DNA of 64,000 nt from Chloroflexota bacterium (GTDB lineage: Bacteria; Chloroflexota; Limnocylindria; QHBO01), in NCBI GenBank assembly GCA_005879815.1, contig VBKA01000020.1, forward strand, positions 223 to 64,222. Direction: 5' to 3'. Below are positions 9,473 to 18,946 of the stretch, one piece after another. The notes beneath the pieces are model-generated. The model had not been told where the DNA came from. It did no database searches and worked only from the letters and a program-made list of their open reading frames with translations. A program made the translations under genes and the position numbers. Every line of letters starts with the position of its first letter. The stretch's first letter is position 1.

Positions 9473-11347
9473 ATGACACCCTCCGGCGGATCCGCAGCCG
9501 ACGGCGCGGAATACGACGTCCGCGAGCACTACACGAAGTACGAGTACCGCGTCCCGATGCGCGACGGCGTGCGGCTCTTCACCTCAGTGCTCGTGCCCAA
9601 GGACACCTCGACGACCTACCCGATCCTGCTCACGCGGACGCCATTCGGCGTCAGCCCCTACGGCGTCGACGAGCAGGGCGCCTTGAGCCTCCAGTCCGAG
9701 GCGCTGCTGCGGGCCGGCTACGTCTTCGTGCGGCAGGACGTCCGCGGCCGGCTGATGTCGGAGGGCACGTTCACGCATGTGACCCCGCATCGGCCGGAGA
9801 AGCGAACGCCAACCGACGTCGATGAGCAATCCGACACCTGGGACACGGTCGAGTGGCTCCTGCGACATGTGCCCAACCACAACGGCCGCGTTGGCCTCTT
9901 CGGCATCTCGTACGGGGGGTTCTTCACGGCGGCGGGAATCATCGACACCCATCCGGCCATTCGGGCGGCTTCGCCGCAGGCGCCTGTCGCCGACCTGTTC
10001 CTGGATGACGACTGGTATCACGGCGGCGCGTTCATGCTCGCGCATGCCTTCAATTCGGTATCGGTCTACCAACCGCAGGCGGAACCCACGCCGCCTGCCA
10101 AGGTCACCGTCCCCTTCGATTACGGCACCCAGGACGGCTACGAGTTCTTCCTCCGCGCCGGCCCGATAGCCAACCTGGCGGCCAAGCTCGGAACCGAAAA
10201 TCCCACCTGGGAGGAGCTCCTCGCCCACCCGACGTACGACGAGTTCTGGCAGTCGCGCGCGATCTGGCGGCACCTGAAGGACATCCATTGCTCGGTCCTT
10301 ACCGTCGGCGGCTGGTTCGATGCGGAGGACCTGATGGGACCGTTCCGCGTCTACCGTGCGATCAAGAGCGAGAACGCCGATCTCGCCAACAGCATCGTCG
10401 TGGGACCGTGGGTGCACGGCGGCTGGGCGTACAGCGACGGCCGGCACCTGGGGAGCGTCGATTTCGCGTCGGACACTGCGGCCTTCTACCGCGAGCAGAT
10501 CTTGCTGCCGTTCTTCGAATTCCATCTCAAGGACGGGAGTGACCCGAAGCTGCCTGAGGCATACGTCTTCGAAACCGGCACGAACACCTGGCGGCAATAT
10601 TCAGTGTGGCCGCCCCCCGAGGCGAAGCCGCGGATCCTCTATTTCCGAGAAGCTGGCGGGCTCTCGTTCGAGCCGCCGGACGACGCAGACGCGAGCGATT
10701 CCTACGTGAGCGATCCGGCGAAACCGGTGCCATGGGTTGGCTACACGGCACAGACCATGCCCGAGGAATACATGGTCTCCGACCAGCGGTTCGCCGCGAC
10801 GCGGCCGGACGTGATCGTCTATGTGACCGAGCCGCTCGAGGAGGACCTCACGCTGGCCGGGCCGGTGTCGTCCAAGCTCTTCGTGGCGACAACCGGAACC
10901 GATTCCGACTGGATCGTGAAGCTGATCGACGTCTACCCACCAACCCGCAGCACGCCTGCGGCCAAGGGACGAGCCGAGGGCGATCGGGACGTGGGCCCGC
11001 CGACTGTGACGCTCGCTGGGTATCAGCAGCTCGTGCGCGGCGAACCATTCCGCGGCAAGTTCCGGCGGGGCTTCGAGCAGCCCGAGCCGTTCGTCCCGGG
11101 GGCCGCTGAGAACGTCACCTTCACGATGCCGGACGTCAACCACGTGTTTCGTCGCGGCCATCGGGTCATGGTGCAGGTGCAGAGCACCTGGTTCCCGCTG
11201 GTGGATCGAAATCCCCAAACCTTCGTGAACATCCCAACCGCGACGCCCGAGGATTATCGGGCTGCGACGCAGCGCATCATGCGGTGCCGGACGCAACCTT
11301 CGGGGGTTGAAGTTTCGGTGCTGCCTGCGCTGCGGGAGGAAACCTGA
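9473..11347 (+). CDS. CocE/NonD family hydrolase (alpha-amino acid ester hydrolase / glutaryl-7-ACA acylase-like)
   Basis: VPMRDGVRL, RTPF, QDVRGRLMSEG, GISYGGF, GGWFDAED, GPWVHG, QVQSTWFPLVDRNPQ. Confidence 0.92.
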   Translation: MTPSGGSAADGAEYDVREHYTKYEYRVPMRDGVRLFTSVLVPKDTSTTYPILLTRTPFGVSPYGVDEQGALSLQSEALLRAGYVFVRQDVRGRLMSEGTFTHVTPHRPEKRTPTDVDEQSDTWDTVEWLLRHVPNHNGRVGLFGISYGGFFTAAGIIDTHPAIRAASPQAPVADLFLDDDWYHGGAFMLAHAFNSVSVYQPQAEPTPPAKVTVPFDYGTQDGYEFFLRAGPIANLAAKLGTENPTWEELLAHPTYDEFWQSRAIWRHLKDIHCSVLTVGGWFDAEDLMGPFRVYRAIKSENADLANSIVVGPWVHGGWAYSDGRHLGSVDFASDTAAFYREQILLPFFEFHLKDGSDPKLPEAYVFETGTNTWRQYSVWPPPEAKPRILYFREAGGLSFEPPDDADASDSYVSDPAKPVPWVGYTAQTMPEEYMVSDQRFAATRPDVIVYVTEPLEEDLTLAGPVSSKLFVATTGTDSDWIVKLIDVYPPTRSTPAAKGRAEGDRDVGPPTVTLAGYQQLVRGEPFRGKFRRGFEQPEPFVPGAAENVTFTMPDVNHVFRRGHRVMVQVQSTWFPLVDRNPQTFVNIPTATPEDYRAATQRIMRCRTQPSGVEVSVLPALREET

Positions 11348-11378
11348 CCGACGAGGCGACCGATACCGATCCTCCGGG

Positions 11379-11866
11379 TCAGTCATGCTTCCAGGTCGCT
11401 CGCCGGCCGGGTGGTGCAACCCCAGTCGGGCTGTAGGACAAGCCGATCGAAGTCCTCGGTTCTCTGCAACCCCGGGATGTGCCGGCCGTCCGGAAGAGCC
11501 GCTCGAGACCGGCGGGGCGCAACGATCTCAATGATGCGAGTTGGAGCGCTGGTCGGGTTCCAGAACTCGTGCTTGAGCCCGCGAGGCTTGAACAGATACT
11601 CACCGACCTCGACGTTCAGCTCCTCGCCGTCGATCTCCGCGCTCAGGGTCCCTCGAGGACATATGTGATCTCGTCCTCGTTCGTGTGCGTATGGGGCACC
11701 ACGCGTGTGGGTATGGGGCACCGCGAACCCACAGGTTGGATGGGGTGCTCGAGGATGGAGACCGCCTCGCCGGCCCGGTTACCCTCGATCTTGAACTGGA
11801 CCCCACCCCGCCCATGGGCAGCAGAACTTTATCGCCGTCTACCTGACCGATCACGAAGCGCGACAT
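11379..11866 (-). pseudogene. Cupin-domain gene with multiple frameshifts and a 22-bp tandem duplication
   Basis: Pieces in different frames join as ...VQFKIEG...SILEHPI...VPHTHTNEDEITYVLEG TLSAEIDGEELNVEVGEYLFKPRGLKHEFWN (cupin motifs 1 and 2). Confidence 0.7.
11682..11725. repeat. 22-bp tandem duplication inside the cupin gene
   Basis: CGTGTGCGTATGGGGCACCACG followed by CGTGTGGGTATGGGGCACCGCG (2 mismatches). Confidence 0.85.
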
Positions 11867-11910
11867 GTCACCGTCAGGGTGTCGGCTGCTTCACACCCCT
11901 GCGGATGGGC

Positions 11911-12192
11911 TCAGTGGTGCAGCGAGATTTGGTAGCAGGCCACGTCGTACTGCGAGACGGCCGTGTCGCTGCTCGCGTTCAGTGAGGGATCACCGTTGCC
12001 CGCGTAATGCAGGTCCGCATTCGCGAAGCCACCGCTGCTGAAGCCGTTGGGCTGCAGCGTGGAGTCTTCGCATGACGCGTTGGGCTGGCCGCTGCCACTG
12101 GGGTTGCCGGCCACAGCCGCGCCGGCCATGCCCACCATCAGGCCCATGGCCAGGCACACAGCGAACAGTAGAGAACGTAATCGGGGATTCAT
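11911..12192 (-). CDS. Small secreted protein with two Cys in the mature part, unknown function
   Basis: GGAGG SD and ATG 12192. Signal peptide ends AVA; mature part GNPSGSGQPNASC...HYAG...SQYDVACYQ. Confidence 0.75.
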   Translation of the reverse strand: MNPRLRSLLFAVCLAMGLMVGMAGAAVAGNPSGSGQPNASCEDSTLQPNGFSSGGFANADLHYAGNGDPSLNASSDTAVSQYDVACYQISLHH

Positions 12193-12441
12193 CGAGCCCG
12201 TTCCTCCAACATGGCTTTGGATGCTCGGGCAGTCAAGGATTGCTACGACCCCGGTTACAGCCATGGAGCTCGGGGGGCCTTGCCGGACAGATGCGGCCAG
12301 CAACGGTGGGCGAGTCACGACGAGTCGCCCGACCCCCTCGCCCCCGTCTCGATGGAATGAATGACTCCAAAATGCCCATCGGCACCCGGATTGCGAGTGT
12401 GAACCGCTGACGATTCGAGTCGCAGTTTGCAGGGAGTGGGT

Positions 12442-12618
12442 ATGAGATCCGGCTTTTCGTCGATCGTTGGCCTCGTTTGGATCGTCGTTGGCCTGATCGT
12501 GGCGTCAGGTCATGGGTACTTCGCGCACCTCGCCGCGGTGATGCCGATTCTGTCGGCGATCCTCGCGGTGCTGCTGTGGCCCCTCATCCTCCTGGGCGTC
12601 AACCTTCACATCCGTTAA
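12442..12618 (+). CDS. Small two-TM membrane protein
   Basis: GGGAG SD; 58 aa with two hydrophobic helices (LLWPLILLGVNLHI). Confidence 0.7.
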   Translation: MRSGFSSIVGLVWIVVGLIVASGHGYFAHLAAVMPILSAILAVLLWPLILLGVNLHIR

Positions 12619-12848
12619 GTCCGCCGGGTCGCGATAGACTGTCCGCGCCCGTGGCGCGGGTAATCCTGCATTTGGCGCGCCGGCCGCTTCCCTCGGAGCA
12701 TTTGAAAGGGCTCCGCGGCTGGCGCCGCTTGACGGATGGAGTACGGAGCATGCCGGCTAGGCGGAGGCGCGGTGTCTCGGCGCATCATGCTGCGGACGTG
12801 AATCGGACCCGAGCGCCCCTCGGCTTATGACGGAGGAGGTCCGGCACC

Positions 12849-13265
12849 TTGGACTACAAGCTTGGTCTGCTGGAGCGCGTGCCACTCTTCGGCGGCCTGC
12901 CGCAGGAGGAGCTAGAGCAAATCGCCCGAATCGTCGACGAAAAGGACGTGCCCGCGGGCACCGTGCTTACGCACGAGGGTCGTCATGAAGGCTACTTCTA
13001 CATCATCGTTTCTGGGAGCGTTGCTATTGAACGGGGCGGGGCGACTATCAACACGATCGGCGACGGGGATTTCCTCGGGGAGATTGCCCTCCTCGACGGC
13101 GGTCCGCGAACCGCCACGGCGACCACTCAGTCTGCATCCCGTCTGCTCGCGGTGACGCACCAGCGATTCCATCAGCTCCTCGATACGTCGCCAAGAATCC
13201 GTCGCGCGGTGCTGGAGGAGGTCGCTCAGCGTCTTCGCCGCCTCGATTCGGAGGCGGTCACCTGA
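12849..13265 (+). CDS. Stand-alone cyclic-nucleotide-binding domain protein
   Basis: VPLFGGL, FYIIVSGSV, GDFLGEIALLDGGPRTATA. No HTH. GGAGGAGG SD before TTG. Confidence 0.9.
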   Translation: MDYKLGLLERVPLFGGLPQEELEQIARIVDEKDVPAGTVLTHEGRHEGYFYIIVSGSVAIERGGATINTIGDGDFLGEIALLDGGPRTATATTQSASRLLAVTHQRFHQLLDTSPRIRRAVLEEVAQRLRRLDSEAVT

Positions 13266-13433
13266 GACGTCTTGTTAACACGGACATCTGCAACGATAAC
13301 CGTCGCCGTGTGGACATAGTGGCTGTCGGTGGGGCCGCCGACGGCAAACTCACGCGCGAGGTCTTCGTGGCCCGACCTGGTGATGGCAGCTGCCAGCGGT
13401 GCGAGTAACCGATCGGGCTCGACGGCATCCCTT

Positions 13434-14369
13434 TCAGAGCTCGTCGTACCGCACAGCTCTCAGCCGCTGCAGGTCGTACCTCCATTGATGACGGACTCCG
13501 CGCGACTCCATGAGCCGGCCGACGCGCCTTTCGAGCATTTGCTGAAAGGGCGGATCCGGCGCGTATAGAAGGCGTAGGACGGCGGTCTGGAAGAATCCGC
13601 TCTGCCAACCCTGCGCGTCGAGCTCGGCGAGGCGAGCCGACCATTGGTCGGGGTAAGGGGCCACTCTGCCCTCGAGCCCGAAGAGTGCGCGGACGAGATG
13701 GAGACCCGATTCAGCGGCGTGCGCTCGAGCGCCAAGGTCGTCGCCCCTGCTCCACGACTTGAGCGAGTGAACAAATCCGTTCAAATAGCTGTCGTACTCC
13801 TCTCCGACGAGCTCGCGCGCGAGCTTGTTGGTGCGGGCAGCAATGGCCGCAACGAGAGGCACGATCTCGCCGGTCTTATCCAGCAAGACGGACGAGGAGG
13901 CGAAAGTCGCGCTCGGGGTTGCACCATCGTGCGACAGCTGCCTCAGGGCCTCAACGTTCTCGTAGGTGATCTCTATCGCCGGGGAATCGCCAAGCAGTCT
14001 GTGCTCAACCAGCGTGACTCGATCGCTTCGGCGTCGGTAAGCATCGTCTTCCACAATCCAGAGGAGGTCGTAGTCCGAATCGAGCCGGGCGTTGCCGACC
14101 GCCCTCGAACCGTTGAGCATTAAGCCAACGGACTCCGCATCGCGCAGGACCTCGCCTATCAGCTCAGCCAGAACAGGGTTCCCGGCGTCAGCGCCCGGGG
14201 AGGACGGAGAGGGTGTGAAGCGCGGCAATCCGTGCTGCGGAGGGATCTGATCGCTTGCCCGAGATCGCGGTTCTGACTCTGGGCCGATTATCTCGGGCGA
14301 CCCGTAAGCGTCGGGACTGTTTACCGTGCGATCGAGAGACGGTGGTGGGCACTTCAGCATGCGGGGCAC
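13434..14369 (-). CDS. Pol-beta-superfamily nucleotidyltransferase with C-terminal helical domain (start uncertain)
   Basis: GLMLNGSRAVGNARLDSDYDL (GS plus DxD motif). The first ~60 aa are low-complexity and may not be coding. Confidence 0.7.
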   Translation of the reverse strand: MPRMLKCPPPSLDRTVNSPDAYGSPEIIGPESEPRSRASDQIPPQHGLPRFTPSPSSPGADAGNPVLAELIGEVLRDAESVGLMLNGSRAVGNARLDSDYDLLWIVEDDAYRRRSDRVTLVEHRLLGDSPAIEITYENVEALRQLSHDGATPSATFASSSVLLDKTGEIVPLVAAIAARTNKLARELVGEEYDSYLNGFVHSLKSWSRGDDLGARAHAAESGLHLVRALFGLEGRVAPYPDQWSARLAELDAQGWQSGFFQTAVLRLLYAPDPPFQQMLERRVGRLMESRGVRHQWRYDLQRLRAVRYDEL

Positions 14370-14549
14370 CTAACGGTTCGCCGAATCGTGCAAATCCAGC
14401 ATGGCGCTTGGTGCCCCGCGACGCAAGCTAAAGGATGATGGGGCCTTCGCTACGGGCTCGCGAGGGATCAGGCGCTGCCATCAGATGCGTATCTATACTG
14501 TCTCGCCGGATCGAGGGTGTGCGCCGGCATCAGCCGTCACGGAGAGTGC

Positions 14550-15731
14550 ATGAGCGAGGGCTCGGGCATCGGCGCCGCGGTGATCGGCACCGGGTTCATC
14601 GGCACCGTCCACGTTGAGCAGCTGCGCCGGATCGGCGTCCAGGTTCGCGGCGTGCTCGGGAGCACGCCGGAACGCGGCCAGGCGCGTGCCGCTGAGTTGG
14701 GTGTGCCCCGCGCCTACGCGTCCCTCGAGGCGCTCCTGGCCGACGATTCGGTGGACGTCGTCCACGTCACATCGCCGAACCATCTCCACCTTCCGCACGC
14801 GCAGGCCGTGCTGGCCGCCGGTCGACACGTCGTTTGTGAGAAGCCGCTGGGCCTGACGGCCGCTGAATCAGGCGAGCTCGTGGCCCAGGCGGCGGCCACC
14901 GGCCTCATGAACGCGGTCAACTTCAACATCCGCTTCTACCCCCTGAACCAGCATGCCCGCGAGCTCGTGGCTTCGGATGCGCTGGGCGCAGTTCGCTTCG
15001 TGACGGGCCACTACTTCCAGGACTGGCTGCTGCTCGACACGGACTGGAACTGGCGGCTCGAGCCCGAGAAGGGGGGCTCGCTGCGGGCGGTTGGCGACAT
15101 CGGCTCGCACTGGCTGGACCTCATGACATTTGCCACGGGCCAGCGGATCACCGCGGTGATGGCCGACATGGCCACCTTCATCCCGGTCCGCCAGGAGCCT
15201 CGTGGGCCGATCGAGACATTCGCGACCGAGCGCTCCTCCGACACCCAGGCCCGGCCGATTGCGACGGAGGACGTCGCGTCGGTCCTCCTCCGGTTCGAGA
15301 ATGGGGCCCGCGGCGCCCTGTGTGTGTCGCAGATCAGCGCCGGCCGCAAGAACTCGCTCCAGTGGGAGATCGATGGGTCCGCGGGCGCCGCCGCCTGGGA
15401 CTCGGAGGCACCCGACCACCTGTGGCTCGGCCATCGCGATCGTCCGAACGAGATCCTGCAGCGTAATCCGGCCCTCATGGGACCGGCTGGCCGGGCCGCC
15501 GCCGCGCTTCCCGCGGGTCACGTCGAGGGTTTCGCCGATACCTTCGCAGCGCTCTTTCGGGCGATCTATGCAGACGTCGCGGCCGGCCGGCCCGCCGAGC
15601 GGCCGGCCTATGCCACGTTCGCCGACGGACACGACGAGATGCTCGTCGGCGACGCGATTGCGCAGAGCGCCCGGGCCGGAGGCTGGGTGGAGGTCCAGAG
15701 CACGACCCCTGTGGCCGCAGCGATCGGATGA
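14550..15731 (+). CDS. Gfo/Idh/MocA family (sugar/cyclitol) dehydrogenase
   Basis: IGTGFIG, HVVCEKPL, YFQDWLL, DIGSHWLD, GHVEGF. Confidence 0.92.
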   Translation: MSEGSGIGAAVIGTGFIGTVHVEQLRRIGVQVRGVLGSTPERGQARAAELGVPRAYASLEALLADDSVDVVHVTSPNHLHLPHAQAVLAAGRHVVCEKPLGLTAAESGELVAQAAATGLMNAVNFNIRFYPLNQHARELVASDALGAVRFVTGHYFQDWLLLDTDWNWRLEPEKGGSLRAVGDIGSHWLDLMTFATGQRITAVMADMATFIPVRQEPRGPIETFATERSSDTQARPIATEDVASVLLRFENGARGALCVSQISAGRKNSLQWEIDGSAGAAAWDSEAPDHLWLGHRDRPNEILQRNPALMGPAGRAAAALPAGHVEGFADTFAALFRAIYADVAAGRPAERPAYATFADGHDEMLVGDAIAQSARAGGWVEVQSTTPVAAAIG

Positions 15732-15753
15732 GGCGACCTGAGGGACGTCCTCG

Positions 15754-16668
15754 ATGAAGCTCGGCTTCCTGACTGCACCGTTCCCGGAGAGGCCGCTCAT
15801 GGCCGTCGCGGACTGGGCGTCGGGCGCCGGGTTCGAGGTCCTGGAAATTGCATGCTGGCCCCGGGCCACAGGCCCGACGCGACGCTATGCCGGCACGTCA
15901 CACATCGACGTCGCCAACCTGTCCAGCGGCCAGGCACGGGAGATCGTCGACGAGATCGCCTCGAAGGGTCTCGCGATCTCCGGGCTCGGCTTCTACCCAA
16001 ACCCGCTTCACCCGGATCCGGAGCATCGCGAGCAGGTCATCGGCCACCTCAAGCACGTCATCACCGCTGCCGAGAAGATGGAGATCCCGCTCGTCAACAC
16101 GTTCATTGGCGGCGACCGGTCGAAGAATCAGGACGACAACTGGGCGGAGGCGCTCCGCGTGTGGCCGGACATCATCTCCTTCGCGAAGGACCACGGCCGA
16201 AGGATCACGTTCGAGAACTGTCCCATGCTCTTTTCCTATGACGAGTGGCCGGGCGGCAACAACATCGCGACTACGCCGCGGATGTGGCGCCGCATCCTCG
16301 AGGAGTGGGGCGATACGGTCGGACTCAACTTCGACCCCTCACATCTCGTCCTGCAGATGATCGACACCCGGCGCTTCCTTAAGGAGTTTGGGCCGCACAT
16401 CCTGCACTTCCAGGCGAAAGACCTGATGGTCGATCGCGACGGACTCTACGAGAACGGAATTTTCTCGATGGGCATGGGCTGGCAGATTCCCCGCATTCCG
16501 GGACTTGGGGATGCGAAGTGGAGCGCGATCTTCTCCGAGTTGTATCGGGCTGGCTACGCGGGGGACTGCATCATCGAGCACGAAGACCGCGCCTTTGAAG
16601 GATCCGACGAGCTCGTCAAGCGCGGTTTCCTCATTGCCCGCGACGTCCTAAGACCGTACTGCCGATGA
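15754..16668 (+). CDS. Sugar phosphate isomerase/epimerase (AP-endonuclease-2 TIM barrel)
   Basis: LEIACWP, FENCPM, GLNFDPSHL, HFQAKD, RIPGLG, IEHED. Confidence 0.9.
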   Translation: MKLGFLTAPFPERPLMAVADWASGAGFEVLEIACWPRATGPTRRYAGTSHIDVANLSSGQAREIVDEIASKGLAISGLGFYPNPLHPDPEHREQVIGHLKHVITAAEKMEIPLVNTFIGGDRSKNQDDNWAEALRVWPDIISFAKDHGRRITFENCPMLFSYDEWPGGNNIATTPRMWRRILEEWGDTVGLNFDPSHLVLQMIDTRRFLKEFGPHILHFQAKDLMVDRDGLYENGIFSMGMGWQIPRIPGLGDAKWSAIFSELYRAGYAGDCIIEHEDRAFEGSDELVKRGFLIARDVLRPYCR

Positions 16669-17414
16669 ACCCTTCCCTCTTGTCCATCGAGACGCTGAGC
16701 GAGCGAACGATCGCGAAGACCATCGATCATTCCCTGCTGCGACCGGAGCTCGACGATTCGTTCGTCGAGGATGGTTGCAGGCTTGCGGCCGCGTACGACG
16801 TCGCCTCGGTCTGCGTTCGTCCCGTGGATGTCCGACGAGCGGCCGCATTGCTGGCCGGCACCCATGTTGCCGTCGGCACGACGGTTGGCTTCCCACACGG
16901 CAACCACCTGACGGCTACCAAGGTCGCCGAGGCGCGCGCGGCAATCGACGAGGGTGCGTCCGAGCTCGACATGGTGCTCCAGATCGGTGCCCTGAAATCA
17001 GGCCGCGATTTCGACGTCCAGGCCGACATCGCGGCCGTTGTGGAGGTCGCGCACAACGCGGGCGCGATCGTCAAGGTGATCTTCGAGAACGCCTACCTGA
17101 CCAACGACGAGAAGGTGCGAGCCTGCCACCTGAGCGAAGCCGCCGGCACCGACTTCGTCAAGACGTCGACCGGCTTCGCTGCCTCAGGCGCGACCCACGA
17201 CGACCTTCGCCTGATGCGAGCCAATGTCTCACCCCGCGTCCAGGTGAAGGCGGCGGGCGGTGTGCGGACTCTCGATGACCTGCTTGCGGTCATGGCCCTG
17301 GGCGTCACCCGGATCGGAGCTACGCAGACCAAGGCGATCATCGACGAGTTCAGGGTGCGCAAGGCTGGCGATGGGCGGGTCGCAGCCGCCGCCTCGGACG
17401 TGGAGAGCTTCTGA
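16665..17414 (+). CDS. deoC: Deoxyribose-phosphate aldolase
   Basis: IDHSLL, TTVGFPHG, ELDMV, VKVIFE, FVKTSTGF, VKAAGGVRT, RIGAT. Confidence 0.93.
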   Translation: MNPSLLSIETLSERTIAKTIDHSLLRPELDDSFVEDGCRLAAAYDVASVCVRPVDVRRAAALLAGTHVAVGTTVGFPHGNHLTATKVAEARAAIDEGASELDMVLQIGALKSGRDFDVQADIAAVVEVAHNAGAIVKVIFENAYLTNDEKVRACHLSEAAGTDFVKTSTGFAASGATHDDLRLMRANVSPRVQVKAAGGVRTLDDLLAVMALGVTRIGATQTKAIIDEFRVRKAGDGRVAAAASDVESF

Positions 17415-17741
17415 TGGCGGTCATCGCCTTTCCGTCGATCGGGCTGTATCGTCAGCACCAACAGCCTCCGCGTCGCCGAGCATTGCGTGGTCCGCGGCGG
17501 GATGCCATGCCGCATCTCCGGAGCATCGGACGTAGGCGCCGAACGCTCGCGGGATCTGTTTGACGACGCCTACCGAGAGGACGCGCAGCGGATGGACCGG
17601 GCCATCGCGGACAAACGCGGTGGCACCGCGGCATCAACGCAGGAGGTGTGACGCAACGACGCGATTGAACGGGCCTCAACTCGGGGAGTGGCAAGTTCCT
17701 CGGCGCGCGACCTCGACGCGCCCGAACAAGGAGGACAAGGA

Positions 17742-18863
17742 ATGAGCAAGCCATCAACGCGGGCTCGATCGCTCGCCATGCTGGCCGTCATCGCGATCGT
17801 GTCGGCCTGTTCGTCGCCGGCCGCCTCCGGCGGGGGAGGAAGCTCCTCTCAGGGCGCCAAGCAGTACACGATTGGATATTCGAATGGTGGAGGCGTCGGT
17901 AACGGCTTCCGTGAGGAGCAGGTCTGCACGGCCAAGGCGGAGGCAAAGGTCTCCGGCCAGGTTTCCAACCTCACCGTGATCCACCGCAACACCGACGCGG
18001 CTGGCCAGCTGGCCGACATCCGGAGCCTGATTGCGAAGGGCGTCAACGCAATCGTGTTTAACCCGAACGATCCGAACGCCCTCAACCCGGCTCTCGCGGA
18101 AGCGCACGCTGCCGGGATCAAGACCGTCTCCGTGGACGCGTATGTGACCGACCCGAGCACATGGAACCTGTACAACAACCAGGTGAAGTACGCCGAGCTC
18201 GGCGCCAAGTGGCTGTTCGACCAGTTGGGCGGCAAGGGGACTGTCTGGTACACGCGAGGTCTCGCCGGTCATCCAGCCGACTCCGACCGTGACAAGGGCT
18301 TCCAAAACATCCTGAAGCAGTACCCGAACATCAAGGTCGTTCCGAGCAAGCAGGGCGTGTTCACCGGATGGGATCCGGCGAAGGCGACTCAGATCACGAA
18401 CGACTTCATCAGCAGTGGCCAGTACGACCACATCGACGGCATCTGGGCGTCGGGCATGGGTAAGCAGATCGTCGACGCGATCAAGGCGGCCAACAAGCCC
18501 TTCAAGCCGATTGCTGACGCCGACATTGGTGGCTTCGTCTCGCAGCTGCTCGATCCCACGAAATTCCCGAGCCTCAAGGGCGCGGCGGTGACCAACACCG
18601 CCTCGGTTGGGGGTGCCGGCATCACGCTCGCGCTCAAGCTCCTCAACGGCGAGCAGGTCCAGGCCGACCCGAACGCCGGCAGGCCGAACACGGTTCTGTT
18701 GGATCCGGTATTGGTCGACAACCTGAGCGATGCAAGCAAGACTCAGCTAAAGGCTTGGATATCAGTGCCGGGGATGGATCCCCTCTGGCCGCTCAGCCTC
18801 TCGATCAAGGGCTGGACGACCTACGACGCCAACACCGTTCCTAGCACCTGCAAGGGCGCCTAG
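17742..18863 (+). CDS. Sugar (CUT2) ABC transporter substrate-binding lipoprotein
   Basis: Lipobox VSAC. Ribose-binding-protein-like fold (QLADIRSLIAKGVNAIVFNP). AGGAGG SD. Confidence 0.9.
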   Translation: MSKPSTRARSLAMLAVIAIVSACSSPAASGGGGSSSQGAKQYTIGYSNGGGVGNGFREEQVCTAKAEAKVSGQVSNLTVIHRNTDAAGQLADIRSLIAKGVNAIVFNPNDPNALNPALAEAHAAGIKTVSVDAYVTDPSTWNLYNNQVKYAELGAKWLFDQLGGKGTVWYTRGLAGHPADSDRDKGFQNILKQYPNIKVVPSKQGVFTGWDPAKATQITNDFISSGQYDHIDGIWASGMGKQIVDAIKAANKPFKPIADADIGGFVSQLLDPTKFPSLKGAAVTNTASVGGAGITLALKLLNGEQVQADPNAGRPNTVLLDPVLVDNLSDASKTQLKAWISVPGMDPLWPLSLSIKGWTTYDANTVPSTCKGA

Positions 18864-18888
18864 CGAAGCACGCAAGCGCGGCTAGAGT

Positions 18889-18922
18889 GCTGGGGACGCC
18901 GGTTTTCGCCGGCGTCCCCAGC
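18889..18922 (+). terminator. Perfect 14-bp hairpin after the SBP gene (mRNA stabiliser or attenuator)
   Basis: GCTGGGGACGCCGG-TTTTCG-CCGGCGTCCCCAGC; no U-tract. Confidence 0.65.
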
Positions 18923-18946
18923 GTATCCGCCACAGGAATGGTGCTT

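Noticed and set aside
14385..14450. GCAAA...GACGCAAGC reminiscent of a c-di-GMP-I riboswitch
   Set aside because: Lacks the GNRA-capped stem, the GCAAAG consensus and the correct spacing.
17610..17635. GGTGGCACCGCG resembling a T-box antiterminator motif
   Set aside because: No recognisable Stem I or terminator, and the downstream genes are a sugar ABC system. Better explained as a palindrome or coding sequence.
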